A stretch of 64,000 nucleotides of DNA from Octopus vulgaris (lineage: Eukaryota), in assembly GCA_951406725.2 (NCBI GenBank), contig OX597837.1:10850001-10914000 (forward strand), in the 5' to 3' direction. Below, piece by piece: positions 39,260 to 52,028 of this stretch. Numbering within the stretch: position 1 is the first letter of the stretch; the number at the start of each line of letters is the position of its first letter. The position numbers and the translations under genes were made by a program. A model generated the notes under the pieces. It had not been told where the DNA came from. It was given only the letters and a program-made list of their open reading frames with translations, and did not search any database.

Positions 39260-39304
<45 letters not shown>

Positions 39305-39371
39305 GTATATATACTTGTATGTGTACATAGATATATATATATATATATATATATGTATATGTATATATACT

Positions 39372-39416
<45 letters not shown>

Positions 39417-39440
39417 GTATATATACTTGTATGTGTACAT

Positions 39441-39486
<46 letters not shown>

Positions 39487-39512
39487 GTATATATACTTGT
39501 ATGTGTACATAG

Positions 39513-39546
<34 letters not shown>

Positions 39547-39625
39547 GTATATATACTTGTATGTGTACATAGATATATATATATATATATTACATCATAT
39601 GTATATGTGTATATGTATATATATG
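38920..39625. repeat. Compound (TA)n microsatellite/minisatellite
   Basis: A unit GTATATGTATATATACTTGTATGTGTACAT(AG)(AT)n repeats about 7-8 times with variable TA length. Confidence 0.9.
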
Positions 39626-40502
39626 AGTATGTAGGATCAAAGAAATATAAGGAATTATAGTTGACCTTTTCATCCCCTGTCCAGTGTGTTAATCTAACGA
39701 TTGTAATTTCACCACTGATTAACAAGCCACTGACCTTCATTAGCTGATCATCCTCTTTTGTGATAAAACCTATAATATATATTCACACACACAACACAGT
39801 AGAAAGCTGCACTCCATTAACTGCATTCAGCTGAACGTAGTTATCATTTTGAATGGTTACCGAGAGATAGTTTAGTTGACCCAACGTATAAATGCACGTA
39901 GCACTGCCAAATAAGGGCATACGTATTAGTGTTATCACAGTTTTTTTTTTTTTAGGCAAATACTTCAGTTTTTTTGTTTATTTGGGAGGGTTTTTTTTTT
40001 TTAGATAATTAAATAATTTTTTTTTTTGTTTGTTTCCTTTGCTGTTCTGTAAACTTGTGGTTTTGTCTCAGAGATCATATAGCTTGCTGTCTTGGTGATT
40101 TTAACTAACTCCATATTGCTAACTATTTAACCCCCCCACCACCACCGCCGCCACCACCACCACCATCGTCATCCTTGTCCGGCCGTTACGACGTTAGCGT
40201 ACACTCTCTTTCTTTCTTTCTTTCTTTCTACCTGGAATGACACTACACTAATTAGTTTAATTAACGTGTGCTTGGATTGGCAAAGAAAAAACCCAGAATC
40301 TTTTTGCCTCTTATAGCGTGTGTCTGGATAATCTAGTCTCTCACTCTCACTCTTTCTCTAAAATATAAAAATATATATATATATATATATACACGCACAT
40401 AATATATATATTAATATATATGTGTGTCTGTCTGTATGTGTGCATATATGTATACGTACGTACGTCTGTCTGTATGTATGTGTCACCTTTCCTGTGTTGT
40501 AG

Positions 40503-40629
40503 CTACGAGGAACCAACCAAGCAAGGTATCGGAATTGATAACATTGGAAACAAACTGCTACAGAAGATGGGGTGGAGTGAGGGACAAGGTCTGGGTAAAA
40601 AAGGTCAAGGGATTGTTGCACCTATCCAG
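40503..40629 (+). CDS. RBM5: RBM5/10-like exon u, G-patch
   Basis: Reads YEEPTKQGIGIDNIGNKLLQKMGWSEGQGLGKKGQGIVAPIQ; splice sites tgtag / gtaaac. Confidence 0.96.
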
Positions 40630-42164
40630 GTAAACTTAAGGCATCTCTTTCTTTCTTTCTTTCCTGCTTTTTTTTTTTTTAATTAAAAAGATTTTTTTTT
40701 TTTTTTTTTTTGGCATAATTGAAGACATGTTGTCTTTATATTGGCTTGCTGAAATAATTAATTGTTCTAGATATCGTTATGGTTGATTAAATAGCTGTAG
40801 CATGGGCTGATGATCCATCAGGTCGATTACAGTTATTTTTGTATCTAAGTTTTATTGTTGCTGCTGTTGCTGGTGTTTAACCCCGAGTCAGCCCTGATCA
40901 GGTCGACCTGTGACTAAAGGCATTCAAGAATTTGCATACCCCTGGAATATATAATTCAGTGTGTCTTTTCACCCCACACCCCCAAGGTACTTATATGTGG
41001 TTCGGGGTAAATTTGGCTGTTATTTCTAGCTGGTCAGTCTATTGTGGAGATACTTCCTCATCATTTTTATGGCACAGGCATAACTGTGTGGCACCTTGGG
41101 CAAGTGTCTTCAGCTATAGCATTGAGCTGATCAAAGCCTTATGAGCAGATTTGATAGATGGAAACTGAAAGAAGCCCAGTGTCTGTGTTTGTCCCCCACC
41201 ACTGCTTGACAACCGGTGTGGTTTTGTTTACATCCTTGTAACTTAGCAATTTGGCAAAAGATATCGATAGAACCATGCATTAAAGAAATAAACAAGTTCT
41301 GCGGTCGATATGTTCAACTAAGATTCTTTGAAGAAGTGCCCCAGCATGGCCACAGTCTAATGACTGAAACAAGTAAAAGACAAAAGGCCGATGAGTTTTT
41401 TGTGTGTGCTTCTTCGCACTTTTGGGGTCACAAAACCTCATACGGAATGCTTTCCTTTCTGTTCTAAGCATGCCTCAGAAAAAAGGGATTACTTCCGCGA
41501 CCTCCTAAACAGGATGGTCACAGCTAGATTGTCTTTGACAACAGATTTGTATCAGTCAGTTAATCTAGGGTTATTTATAGAAATAACAGCCAATTGCCCC
41601 ATAAATCACATCGTTACCATATTGGTAAAAATTAGAAACACAATGGGTAATTTTATCCTAGGAACCCTTAAAAAAGATGGGTTGATCCAGGCTTAAATGC
41701 CCTTTGATCATAAGGCCTACATGATCACAGTTTTGACTTGGGGTTAAACAGCAGCAGTAGCCCTTCGGTGCTCCTTTTTTGCATGACAGCCTTTCAGTAT
41801 TGCTCTTTACACAGAAACCGTTCATTGCTCCTTCTTCTACGGCTGCCCTTCAATGCTCCTTTTTTACACAGAAACCTTTTGGTGCTCCTCTCTATATGCA
41901 GCAGCCCTTAAATGCTCCTATGTTGAGCTGTAGGGGCCATCACACTTTCGGGAGTGTGTGTGCTGTTGACTCCATATTACAGTTTGTTATACCATAACTG
42001 TAATTAATTTCCCCCCTCCCTTTTTTTTTTTGTGAATGTTTTCAAATGGGGGTGTAACCCCAAAACCACATGTACCCATGTATTTCATAAGTAAAAACTT
42101 TGCAACACCTGACAGATATATGAGACACCTTGTAGAAATCAAGAATTTTATGTTTCTCCTCGTC

Positions 42165-42471
42165 TTATCTATAACTCTCTCTTTCTCTCTCTCTCTCTTT
42201 CTTTCTCTCTCTCTTTCTTTCTCTTACTCTCTCTCTCTTTCTTTCTTTTTTCCTCTCTCTTTCTCTGTCTTTCTTTCTCTCTCTCTCTCTCTCTCTTGCT
42301 CTCTTTCTTTCTTTCTCCCTCTCTCTTTCTTTCTCTCTCTCTCTCTCTTGCTCTCTCTTTCTCTCTCTCTCTTGCTCTCTCTCTCTCTCTTTCTTTCTTT
42401 CTCTCTCTCTCTTTCTTTCTCTCTCTCTCTCTTGCTCTCTTTCTCTCTCTCTCTCTCTTTCTCTCTCTCTC
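42165..42471. repeat. (CT)n / polypyrimidine tract
   Basis: About 300 bp of almost pure pyrimidine upstream of the last RBM5 exon. Confidence 0.9.
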
Positions 42472-42546
42472 AAACAACAGTCTCTACCTTGATAATGGTG
42501 ATTCTTACATGGAAACCACCCTCTCTTCTTTTCTGTCTCGTTTCAG

Positions 42547-42672
42547 GCCCAACGGAGATTAGCGAGTGCGGGACTCGGTGCTCGGGGAGCAAACATTGTC
42601 TGTGATGTCAGCGACTCTTACAAAACGGCAGTGAAGAAATCCATGTTTGCACGTTACCATGAACTCGAATGA
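42547..42672 (+). CDS. RBM5: RBM5/10-like last coding exon
   Basis: Acceptor ttcag. Reads AQRRLASAGLGARG...DSYKTAVKKSMFARYHELE, stop TGA at 42670-42672, a family-typical C-terminus. Confidence 0.95.
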   Translation, partial: AQRRLASAGLGARGANIVCDVSDSYKTAVKKSMFARYHELE

Positions 42673-43097
42673 ACTCAACAACACTCATTCAATGTCTGTC
42701 CGCCATGTCATGCTCTCTCTCTCTCTCTTTTTCTCTCTTCCTTGTACATAGTTTGCTGCTATATATTCTTCACCACCAACAATTATTTGTTCACCACCAC
42801 CACCACCACAAACTTTTTTTTTTTGGTCCTTTTGCTCTCGCCCTCTCCCTCTGCGTCCCAAGCTCTCACTCACTCACTCTCAAATCTGTTCCAAATATTG
42901 GAAAAAGACAGTTTTTTTTTTCTGTTGTTGTTTTTTTTTTTTATAAAGGACGAAACAACATTATTCTCCTTTCAACCTTTTCCATCTCTTTCATCATTTA
43001 CCATTTATTAAACCATCATTTCATTAAGCATAAACCAAGAGAAAAAAATTTTTTTCAAAAACAAAAAAAAAAAAGTTATAAAATTTCGGAAGAAAAA

Positions 43098-43103
43098 AAT
43101 AAA
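43098..43103 (+). terminator. Candidate polyadenylation signal of the RBM5-like gene
   Basis: AATAAA about 430 nt after the stop, followed by T/GT-rich sequence. It sits in an A-rich context, so it is uncertain. Confidence 0.4.
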
Positions 43104-43284
43104 ACATTTTTTGAAAAAAAAAATTTGATTTTCTTATATTTTGTTACTGTTTTATATCAGTCTTTTTGATTATTGTTTGTTATTATTTTTGTGTTTTTTT
43201 TCTTTGCATGCTGACATGGGTTAGATGTATATATTACTGAGGTGTTGTATTTCAGCTGGATGCTCTTCCTGTTGCTAACCCTTA

Positions 43285-43890
43285 GCTGGATCTCTTATTC
43301 CAAACATCTTCAAAGGCACAAGATGGAACCTACACTCGCCTCCTTATGAGAGCTCAAAATCTCTCCTGGAAGCGTCATCCAACCAAAGTACAAATATATG
43401 GGAAACTACCACCTGTATCATCTCTTGTGAAAAGTAGGAGAGTCCAGTTTGCTGGACATTGTTGTAGATCTGAAAACGAGGCAATTTCTACTCTTTTCCT
43501 CTGGAAGCCATCTACTTGTAACACCAGAGGGCGCACACTCTCCTACCCTGATGTAATCTCCTGGGATACAGGCATCCAGCCACAGGACCTCCGTAATGCT
43601 ATGATGGACCGTGAAGTCTGGCGTAGCGTGGTAAATTCCATTGTCTCGACCAGAAGAGTCCAGTTTGCTGGACATTGTTGCAGAGCTGAAAACGAGGTAA
43701 TTTCTACTCTTCTCCTCTGGAAGCCATCTACCCACGATACCAGAGGGCGCACACTCTCCTACCCTGATGTAATCTCCAGGGATACAGGCATCCAGCAACA
43801 AGACCTCCGTAATGCTATGATGGACCGTGAAGTCTGGCATAGCATGGTAAATTCCATTGTCTCGACCACGGTCGAACAATGATGATGATG
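43285..43890 (+). mobile_element. 3' end of an RTE-like LINE with an in-frame 216-bp tandem duplication
   Basis: ORF 43346-43882 repeats RRVQFAGHCCR...RGRTLSYPDVIS...DREVW twice and ends in a (TGA)n tail. Confidence 0.75.
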
Positions 43891-44674
43891 TAAAGCACAA
43901 AGCCATCAAGCAACTTGTTAACAGGGAACGAAATCACTGCTTGTGGCTGAAGGGATTTTCTAACAAGTGCAATTAACCCTTTCGTTACCAACCCGGCTGA
44001 AAACGGCTCTGGCTCTGAGTACAAATATCTTGTTTTCAAAAGTTTTGAATTAATATCTTCCACCAAATGTTAGTCACAATTTATGTTCCTGACACTAGCT
44101 GAATGATAACCAAGTAATTTTACTAAATTCTTTGTTATATTTAAAGTAACTGAAAGTAACATGGAGCATCTCAAAATAAATACAGTAACGAAAGGGTTAA
44201 CACACATGAGGGAGAGAAAGAGACTCACTTAATGTCCATTGTCCATGTTGGCATGGGTTGGACGGTTTGACCAGAGCTGCACCAGGCTCACTGTCTGATT
44301 TAGCATGGGTTTTACAGCTGGATCCCTTCCTTTACAGAATGTGCTGGGTGCTTTTACGTGACCCCCAACAGAGGATTCTTGCAGGCCAATCCTCGTCACT
44401 AACGAGAGTGGCCTTAACACTTCTGCTGTGGAGTACAGATTTTGAGTACAGCAAGGCGCCAGACAGCTCGATCCTTTGTCATCTCATCTGAAAGTTTCAT
44501 CATCCTGTGGTCATCCTTCAGCACTTTGTCCCATGTCTTCCTCGGTCTCCCTTTTCCACGTGTTCCATTTGTTTTGAGGGATCAGCACTTCTTTATGGAG
44601 CTGTTAGCATCCATCCGCATCACATGACCAAACCAGCACAGTCTTCTCTCCTCTAATGTATACTAATATATGTA

Positions 44675-45444
44675 GTGGGTTGTCCAAAAAGTTTGTGCCG
44701 ATCTATAGTAGCTTACCTTTCGACTTATTTTAGACCATGGTTGAGTCCATAAAATAGGATTTGACTACACCTCCATTTAGAGCACAGTTTAAGCTATCTT
44801 TTCGTGGAAGAAGGTTTATGTTCCTATAACCTGTGTTAATTCTGTAACCCTTTAAAATGGAAGATAAAGTTCATTTTCAGCACTTGATGGGAACCAGACA
44901 AAAATTGCTGCAGCTCGGCTGGGATGTGTTACCCCACCCTCCATATTCACCAGATTTCCACTTATTCAGGTCTCTGCAGAATAGTCTTAATGGTACAAAA
45001 TTCAATTCCTTGGATGACGTAAAAAGATACCTTGATGAATTCTTTGCCATGAAACCACCTCAATTTGGGGGAAGAGGGTATTTTCAAGTTAAAGGAAAGA
45101 TGGAGACGCATTGTGCAACAAAATGGTTCATATTTGATTGATTAAAAATGTAATGGCAAGTATTTATTGACCTTTTCCTTTCCTTTAAACCTTTAGTGTT
45201 TAAACCAGCCATGTCCAGCCCAAATATTCTACATGTTTTATATTCAAACTGGCCATATCTAGCCTCTCACACCTAACCTACATTGACATTCTAAAAATAA
45301 ACAATCACATCATTGAAACCTCAAAAGCTATAAGACAATGCAGAATTAATTAAAAGCAATTTGAATAAAAAAAATATTACATTTAACAGAGTAATCTGAA
45401 CACTAAAGGGTTCAAAACCAGCATGAACTTTCCGGACAACCCAA
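44675..45444 (+). mobile_element. Internally deleted mariner element containing a nested piggyBac-like MITE
   Basis: TIR-like ends TGGGTTGTCC / GGACAACCCA. Remnant TRQKLLQLGWDVLPHPPYSPD..FHLFRSLQNSL is the mariner catalytic C-terminus. Confidence 0.85.
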
Positions 45445-46989
45445 TCATCATCATCATCATCGTTTAACGTCCGTTTTCCATGCTAGCATGGGTTGGACGG
45501 TTCGACCGGGGTCTGGGAAGCCAGGAACTGCACCAGGCTCCAGTCTGATCTGGCAGAGTTTCTACAGCTGGATGCCCTTCCTAACACCAACCACTCCGCG
45601 AATGTAGTGGGTGCTTTTTTACATGTCACCAATATTATACGCAAACCAGAATGTTGCCCATCATATGACGGGTAACTTTGGAAATATACTTTTGCTACTA
45701 TTAGTAATATCAGGAATGTATGGCATGTCCAACCCATGCTAGAATGGAAAGCAGACGTTAAACGATGATGATGATGATGATATGGCATGTATGTGGGAAG
45801 AATACTGAGAAGACATGCAACATGAACAAAGCTCAAACATCAATAATGGAAACCATAGCGCTATGAGATGAAATGTAATTGTGTTATGGGAAAGTGCAGT
45901 TTGTAAAGCAATGAAAAATTACTCCCTAATTACGGGCAATGAATTTTATGAAATACATCTATAGGCACAGGAGTGGTAAGAAGCTTGTTTACTTACCAAC
46001 CACATGGTTCCGGGTTCAGTCCCACTGCTTGGCACCTTGGGCAAGTATCTTCTACTTTAGCCTCGGGTCAACCAATTCCTTCTGAGTGGATTTGGTAGGC
46101 AGAAACTGAAAGAAGCCTGTCATCATCATCGTTTAATGTCCGTTCTCCATGCTGGCATGGGTTGGACGGTTCAACTGAGGTCTGGGAAGCCAGAAGGCTG
46201 CACTAGGCCCAGTCTGATCTGGCGATGTTTCTACGGCTGGATGCCCTTCCTAACGCCTGTCGTATATATATATACTCTCTTTTACTCTTTACTCTTTTAC
46301 TTGTTTCAGTCATTTGACTGCGGCCATGCTGGAGCACCGCCTTTAGTCGAGCAAATCGATCCCGGGACTTATTCTTTGTAAGTCCAGTACTTATTCTATC
46401 GGTCTCTTTTGCCGAACCGCTTAGTGACGGGAACGTAAACATGCCAGCATCGGTTGTCAAGCAATGCTAGAGGGACAAACACAGACAAACAAACACATAC
46501 ACACATATATATATATACACATACGACGGGCTTCTTTCAGTTTCCGTCTACCAAATCCACTCACAAGGCATTGGTCGGCCCGGGGCTATAGCAGAAGACA
46601 CTTGCCCCAAGATGCCAGGCAGTGGGACTGAACCTGGAACCATGTGGTTGGTTAGCAAACTACTTACCACACAGCCACTCATGCGCCTATATGTATATAT
46701 ATATTAGCTGGTGTACCTGGTAATTCCCGGGGGTAAAGATGTTCGATTGAAACGCTTTATTACTCATAGCTTTGATAGTGCAGTGACATAATTGCTTGTC
46801 TTTAAAACAGTTTTGTAAGGTGTGAGGGACCAGATCTGGGTGTTTCTGAAATTTATGAAGAACCAAAGTTGGTGGAGCGCATATGTGTAGGTACGGTGCA
46901 GCTAACTGCTTCCGGTCACTCATTGCGCATTATCAGAGGTCCATGGGAAACATGTTATTTTGTACCCCGTGCTAGTAGGGTGCTAAGAG

Positions 46990-49005
46990 CACCATCCGAG
47001 CATGATCGTTGCCAGAGCAGCTATCTGGCCTCCGTGCCAGTGGCACGTAAAAGGGCACCATCCGAGCATGATCGTTGCCAGAGCGGCTGTCTGGCCTCCG
47101 TGCCGGTGGCACATAAAAGACACCATCTGAGCGTGATCGTTGCCAGAGCAGCTATCTGGCCTCCGTGCCAGTGGCACATAAAAGACACCATCTGAGCGTG
47201 ATCGTTGCCAGAGCAGCTATCTGGCCTCCGTGCCAGTGGCACATAAAAGACACCATCTGAGCATGATCGTTGCCAGAGCAGCTATCTGGCCTCCGTGCCA
47301 GTGGCACATAAAAGACACCATCTGAGCATGATCGTTGCCAGAGCAGCTATCTGGCCTCTGTGCCAGTGGCACATAAAAGACACCATCCGAGCATGATCGT
47401 TGCCAGAGCAGCTATCTGGCCTCTGTGCCAGTGGCACATAAAAGACACCATCTGAGCATGATCGTTGCCAGAGCAGCTATCTGGCCTCCGTGCCAGTGGC
47501 ACATAAAAGACACCATCCGAGCGTGATCGTTGCCAGAGCGGCTATCTGGCCTCTGTGCCAGTGGCACATAAAAGACACCATCCGAGCGTGATCGTTGCCA
47601 GAGCTGCTATCTGGCCTCCGTGCCAGTGGCACATAAAAGACACCATCTGAGCATGATCGTTGCCAGAGCAGCTATCTGGCCTCCGTGCCAGTGGCACATA
47701 AAAGACACCATCCGAGCGTGATCGTTGCCAGAGCTGCTATCTAGCCTCCGTGCCGGTGGCACATAAAAGACACCATCCGAGCGTGATCGTTGCCAGAGCG
47801 GCTGTCTGGCCTCCGTGCCGGTGGCACATAAAAGACACCATCCGAGCATGATCGTTGCCAGAGCAGCTATCTGGCCTACGTGCCAGTGGCACATAAAAGA
47901 CACCATCCGAGCATGATCGTTGCCAGAGCGGCTGTCTGGCCTCCGTGCCGGTGGCACATAAAAGACACCATCTGAGCGTGATCGTTGCCAGAGCAGCTAT
48001 CTGGCCTCCGTGCCAGTGGCACATAAAAGACACCATCCGAGCATGATCGTTGCCAGAGCGGCTGTCTGGCCTCCGTGCCAGTGGCACATAAAAGACACCA
48101 TCTGAGCGTGATCGTTGCCAGAGCAGCTATCTGGCCTCCGTGCCAGTGGCACATAAAAGACACCATCTGAGCGTGATCGTTGCCAGAGCAGCTATCTGGC
48201 CTCCGTGCCAGTGGCACATAAAAGACACCATCTGAGCGTAATCGTTGACAGAGCAGCTATCTGGCCTCCGTGCCAGTGGCACATAAAAGACACCATCTGA
48301 GCATGATCGTTGCCAGAGCGGCTGTCTGGCCTCCGTGCCGGTGGCACATAAAAGACACCATCCGAGTGTGATCGTTGCCAGAGCAGCTATCTGGCCTCCG
48401 TGCCGGTGGCACATAAAAGACACCATCTGAGCGTGATCGTTGCCAGAGCAGCTATCTGGCCTCCGTGCCAGTGGCACATAAAAGACACCATCTGAGCGTG
48501 ATCGTTGCCAGAGCGGCTGTCTGGCCTCCGTGCCGGTGGCACATAAAAGACACCATCCGAGCATGATCGTTGCCAGAGCAGCTATCTGGCCTCCGTGCCG
48601 GTGGCACATAAAAGACACCATCTGAGCGTGATCGTTGCCAGAGCAGCTATCTGGCCTCCGTGCCAGTGGCACATAAAAGACACCATCTGAGCGTGATCGT
48701 TGCCAGAGCAGCTATCTGGCCTCCGTGCCAGTGGCACATAAAAGACACCATCTGAGCGTGATCGTTGCCAGAGCGGCTGTCTGGCCTCCGTGCCGGTGGC
48801 ACATAAAAGACACCATCCGAGCATGATCGTTGCCAGAGCAGCTATCTGGCCTCCGTGCCAGTGGCACATAAAAGACACCATCTGAGCGTGATCGTTGCCA
48901 GAACGGCTGTCTGGCCTCCGTGCCGGTGGCACATAAAAGACTCCATCCGAGCGTGATCGTTGCCAGAGCGGCTGTCTGGCCTCCGTGCCGGTGGCACATA
49001 AAAGA
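46990..49005 (+). repeat. 65-bp tandem array, 31 units, inside a family-3 SINE (about 46960-49245)
   Basis: Unit CACCATCYGAGCRTGATCGTTGCCAGAGCRGCTRTCTGGCCTCCGTGCCRGTGGCACATAAAAGA, with exact 65-bp period from 47121 to 49005. Followed by two degenerate units and the SINE 3' body with (GAT)n tail. Confidence 0.95.
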
Positions 49006-49655
49006 CACCATTCGAGTGTGATCGTTACCAGCATCGCCTTACTGGCACCTGTGCCGGTGGCATGTATATAAAGATTCGAGCGAGGTCGTTGTCACTACTG
49101 CCTGACTGGCCCCCGTGCCGGTGGCATTAGGAAGGGCATCCAGCTGTAGAAACTCTGCCAGATCAAGATTGGAGCCTGGTGCAGACCCTGGTCAAACTGT
49201 CCAACCCATGCTCGCATGGAAAGCAGACGTTAAATAATGATGATGAATCTAGATACCAACACAAACAGGCTTCTTTCAGTTTCCACCTACAAGGTTTTGG
49301 TCAGCTGGAAATTATAGTGGAAAATACTTGCCTCGTGATGTCATTCCATAGGACTGAACCTGATACCATCTGGTCACAGGGTGAACTTTTTAACCTCACA
49401 GCTACGTGTGCCATCTAATAATTTGTCTCCTCTGTGCAAAAGTTCAAGGGAAAATAGAGCCAACACTCTTTACAGCTGCAGCCTTTACAAGGGAGATAAT
49501 CATTTCGTTACGCTATGACATGGAACAGTTCAATCCTGTTCAGCACTATTTTTGTTAATTTTCAGAAACCAACAGGATGTAATTTGTGACTCATTAATTA
49601 AATAATAAAACATTTTATGAAGTGAGAGGTTGTATTAATTATGGAGATATTTATA

Positions 49656-50063
49656 GGATCTTTTCGGTTTGAACGGCAGTTTTTTAAAATAATTTCCACG
49701 TAACTAAAAAATTTAAAACTTCGTATACTGGTAGAATGTGTTTATAAAACATCTTTTTCTCTTGACTTTATTGAGAAAATTTTATAGTTTGTAAGATATT
49801 TGTTGTTTTTTTTCTGCAATTTTAACCAATCAATGACGTCTATTGAGGTAAAAAAAAAAACATTCTGTGCCGTATGAATATGTCTCTCGTTTAAGAAACA
49901 GATTGGGTTTATTTACATTTCTGAAGAAAAAAAAGATACCCTTACCCCCACCCTAACCCTAAAACCGATTGAAATGCAATAGATCGATACTAGGGTCATA
50001 ATTATGTGTGACAATTTCATATGACACCGCTAGAAAAAACTGCCGTTCAAACCGAAAAGATCC
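49656..50063. mobile_element. Merlin-like MITE (GGATC-ended TIRs)
   Basis: 27-bp TIR GGATCTTTTCGGTTTGAACGGCAGTTT at both ends; no TSD visible for this copy. Partial copies at about 23106-23240 and 29755-30130. Confidence 0.8.
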
Positions 50064-50731
50064 CCCAAATGTACCCAACACCTCCATTAATAACCATCAC
50101 AAGTTAAAACCCACCGCTGCCGCGAATACCACTATTATCACCACGACCACCACCACATCACGACGACAATGTCGACCACCACCACCATCACTACAACCGC
50201 TATTATCTTCCCTTCTCGCAACTTTTCCCACCACAACCTTCAATATATCTTTACGTGTGTCTGTGTGTGTATTTCTTTGTATTACTATGCGTGTATGTCT
50301 GTGTATATACGTATCTCTATGCGACTGTAAATGTCTGTGTATGTATGTGTGCGTGTGTGTGTGTGTGTGTGTAACAATTACGTGTTAATGGATATCACGG
50401 TGGGCAGGGGAAGGTATTGGATGCGTGCGAGCCGGAGCTGGTGCAACGAGCTGCACTCGCCAGCCTGCACCAGGCTGCACCATTCTGCATATCAGCGACA
50501 TCAGGTGTATATCTATACCCTATTGTGTGTGCCATCGCGTTTACACCACCACCACAACAACAACAATAAGCAAACACACACACACACACACGGACGCACT
50601 AAAACACTAAACACTAAACGAAACACAGTTGAGCCCTTAGCCGCTATACGGTCATTCGACCAGCTAGAAATAGCAGCCAAATCTCTCATCAAATCACACT
50701 TCACTGTCTTGCAAATTAAAAGACATTTTAG

Positions 50732-51167
50732 GGATCTTTTCGGTTTAAACGGCAGTTTTTTCCTAGCGGTGTCATATGAAATTGTTACCCATAATTATGA
50801 CCCTAGTATCGATCTATTGCATTTCTATCTGTTTTAGGGTTAGGATTAGGGGTGGAGGGAAGGGTATCTTTTTTTGCTTCAGAAATGTAAATAAATCAAA
50901 TCTGTTTCTTAAACGAGGGACATATTCATACGGCACAGAATGTTTTTTTACCTCAATGGACGTCAGTGATTGGTTGAAATTGCAGAAATTGAAGAAAATA
51001 TCTTACAAACTATAGAATTTTATCAATGCTAACCAACCATATGGTTCCGGGTTCAGTCCTACTGCGTGGCACCTTGGGCAAGTGTCTTCTACTATAGCCT
51101 CGGGCCAACCAAAGCCTAGTGAGTGGATTTGGTAGACGGAAACTGAAAGAAGCCCGTCGTATATATG

Positions 51168-51199
<32 letters not shown>

Positions 51200-51529
51200 T
51201 GCGTGTGTGTCTGTGTTTGTCCCCCTAGCATTGCTTGACAACCGATGCTGGTGTGTTTATTTCCCCGTTACTTAGTGGTTCGGCAAAAGAGACCGATAGA
51301 ATAAGTACTGGGCTTACAAAAGAATAAGTCCCGGGGTCGATTTGCTCGACTAAAGGCGGTGCTCCAGCATGGCCGCAGTCAAATGACTGAAACAAGTAAA
51401 AGTGTAAAGAGTAATAAAGCCAAGAGAAAAAGATGTTTTATAAACACATTCTACCAGTTTACGAAGTTAAGAATTTTTTTAGTTACCTAGAAATTATGTT
51501 AAAAACTGCCGTTCAAACCGAAAGGATCC
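50732..51529. mobile_element. Merlin-like MITE interrupted by a family-1 SINE
   Basis: Same TIRs; perfect 8-bp TSD CATTTTAG. Confidence 0.85.
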
Positions 51530-52028
51530 CATTTTAGATCAATGCGAGCGGTGAGGTGAGCAGCGATGTAACATAATTAAGGTAATAAATTTTACCTAAA
51601 TTATATTATACATGATAAAACTAGTAATGGTATAAAACAAAATGGGTTCTCACCAGGCACAGGGAAAAGTAAATTTACATTCGTCTTAATTGCTTTTTCT
51701 TTTTAAACATTCCACCGTTAACCAAGGAGTGGCTGTGTGGTAAGTAACTTGCTTACCAACCGGGTAAGGTTCCGGGTTCGCACCTTGGGCAAGTGTCTTC
51801 TACTATAGCCTCGGGTCGACCAAAGCATTGTGAGTAGATTTGGTAGACGGAAACTGAAAGAAGCCCGTCGTATATATGTATATGTATGTATGTGTATACA
51901 CTTGCGTCAGAAATTAATTAGCACTTCTCAAATTTCTACATTTTCTTAATTTAATTAACTTATTATCAGAAACGAACCCGTTTTTAATCAAAAATTTATT
52001 AAAACATATCCCACCATACCACATAATA

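Noticed and set aside
38994-39740. Long YI/YT-rich ORFs (also about 9437-9907, 12967-13545, 58072-58387, 59051-59499)
   Set aside because: These are translations of stop-poor TA/TG/ATCT microsatellites.
42036-42605. LS-rich and RE-rich ORFs
   Set aside because: These are translations of a (CT)n tract. Only 42547-42672, in another frame, is coding.
46990-47120. HDV-like or hammerhead ribozyme in the 65-bp unit
   Set aside because: GGC-CTCCGT-GCC resembles P3/L3, but there is no P1.1 GG, J4/2 or P2, and no CTGANGA/GAAA core.
46990-49005. CRISPR array or protein-coding repeat ORFs
   Set aside because: There are no unique spacers and no cas genes, and the context is eukaryotic. The 65-bp period is not a multiple of 3, so the ORFs cycle through all frames.
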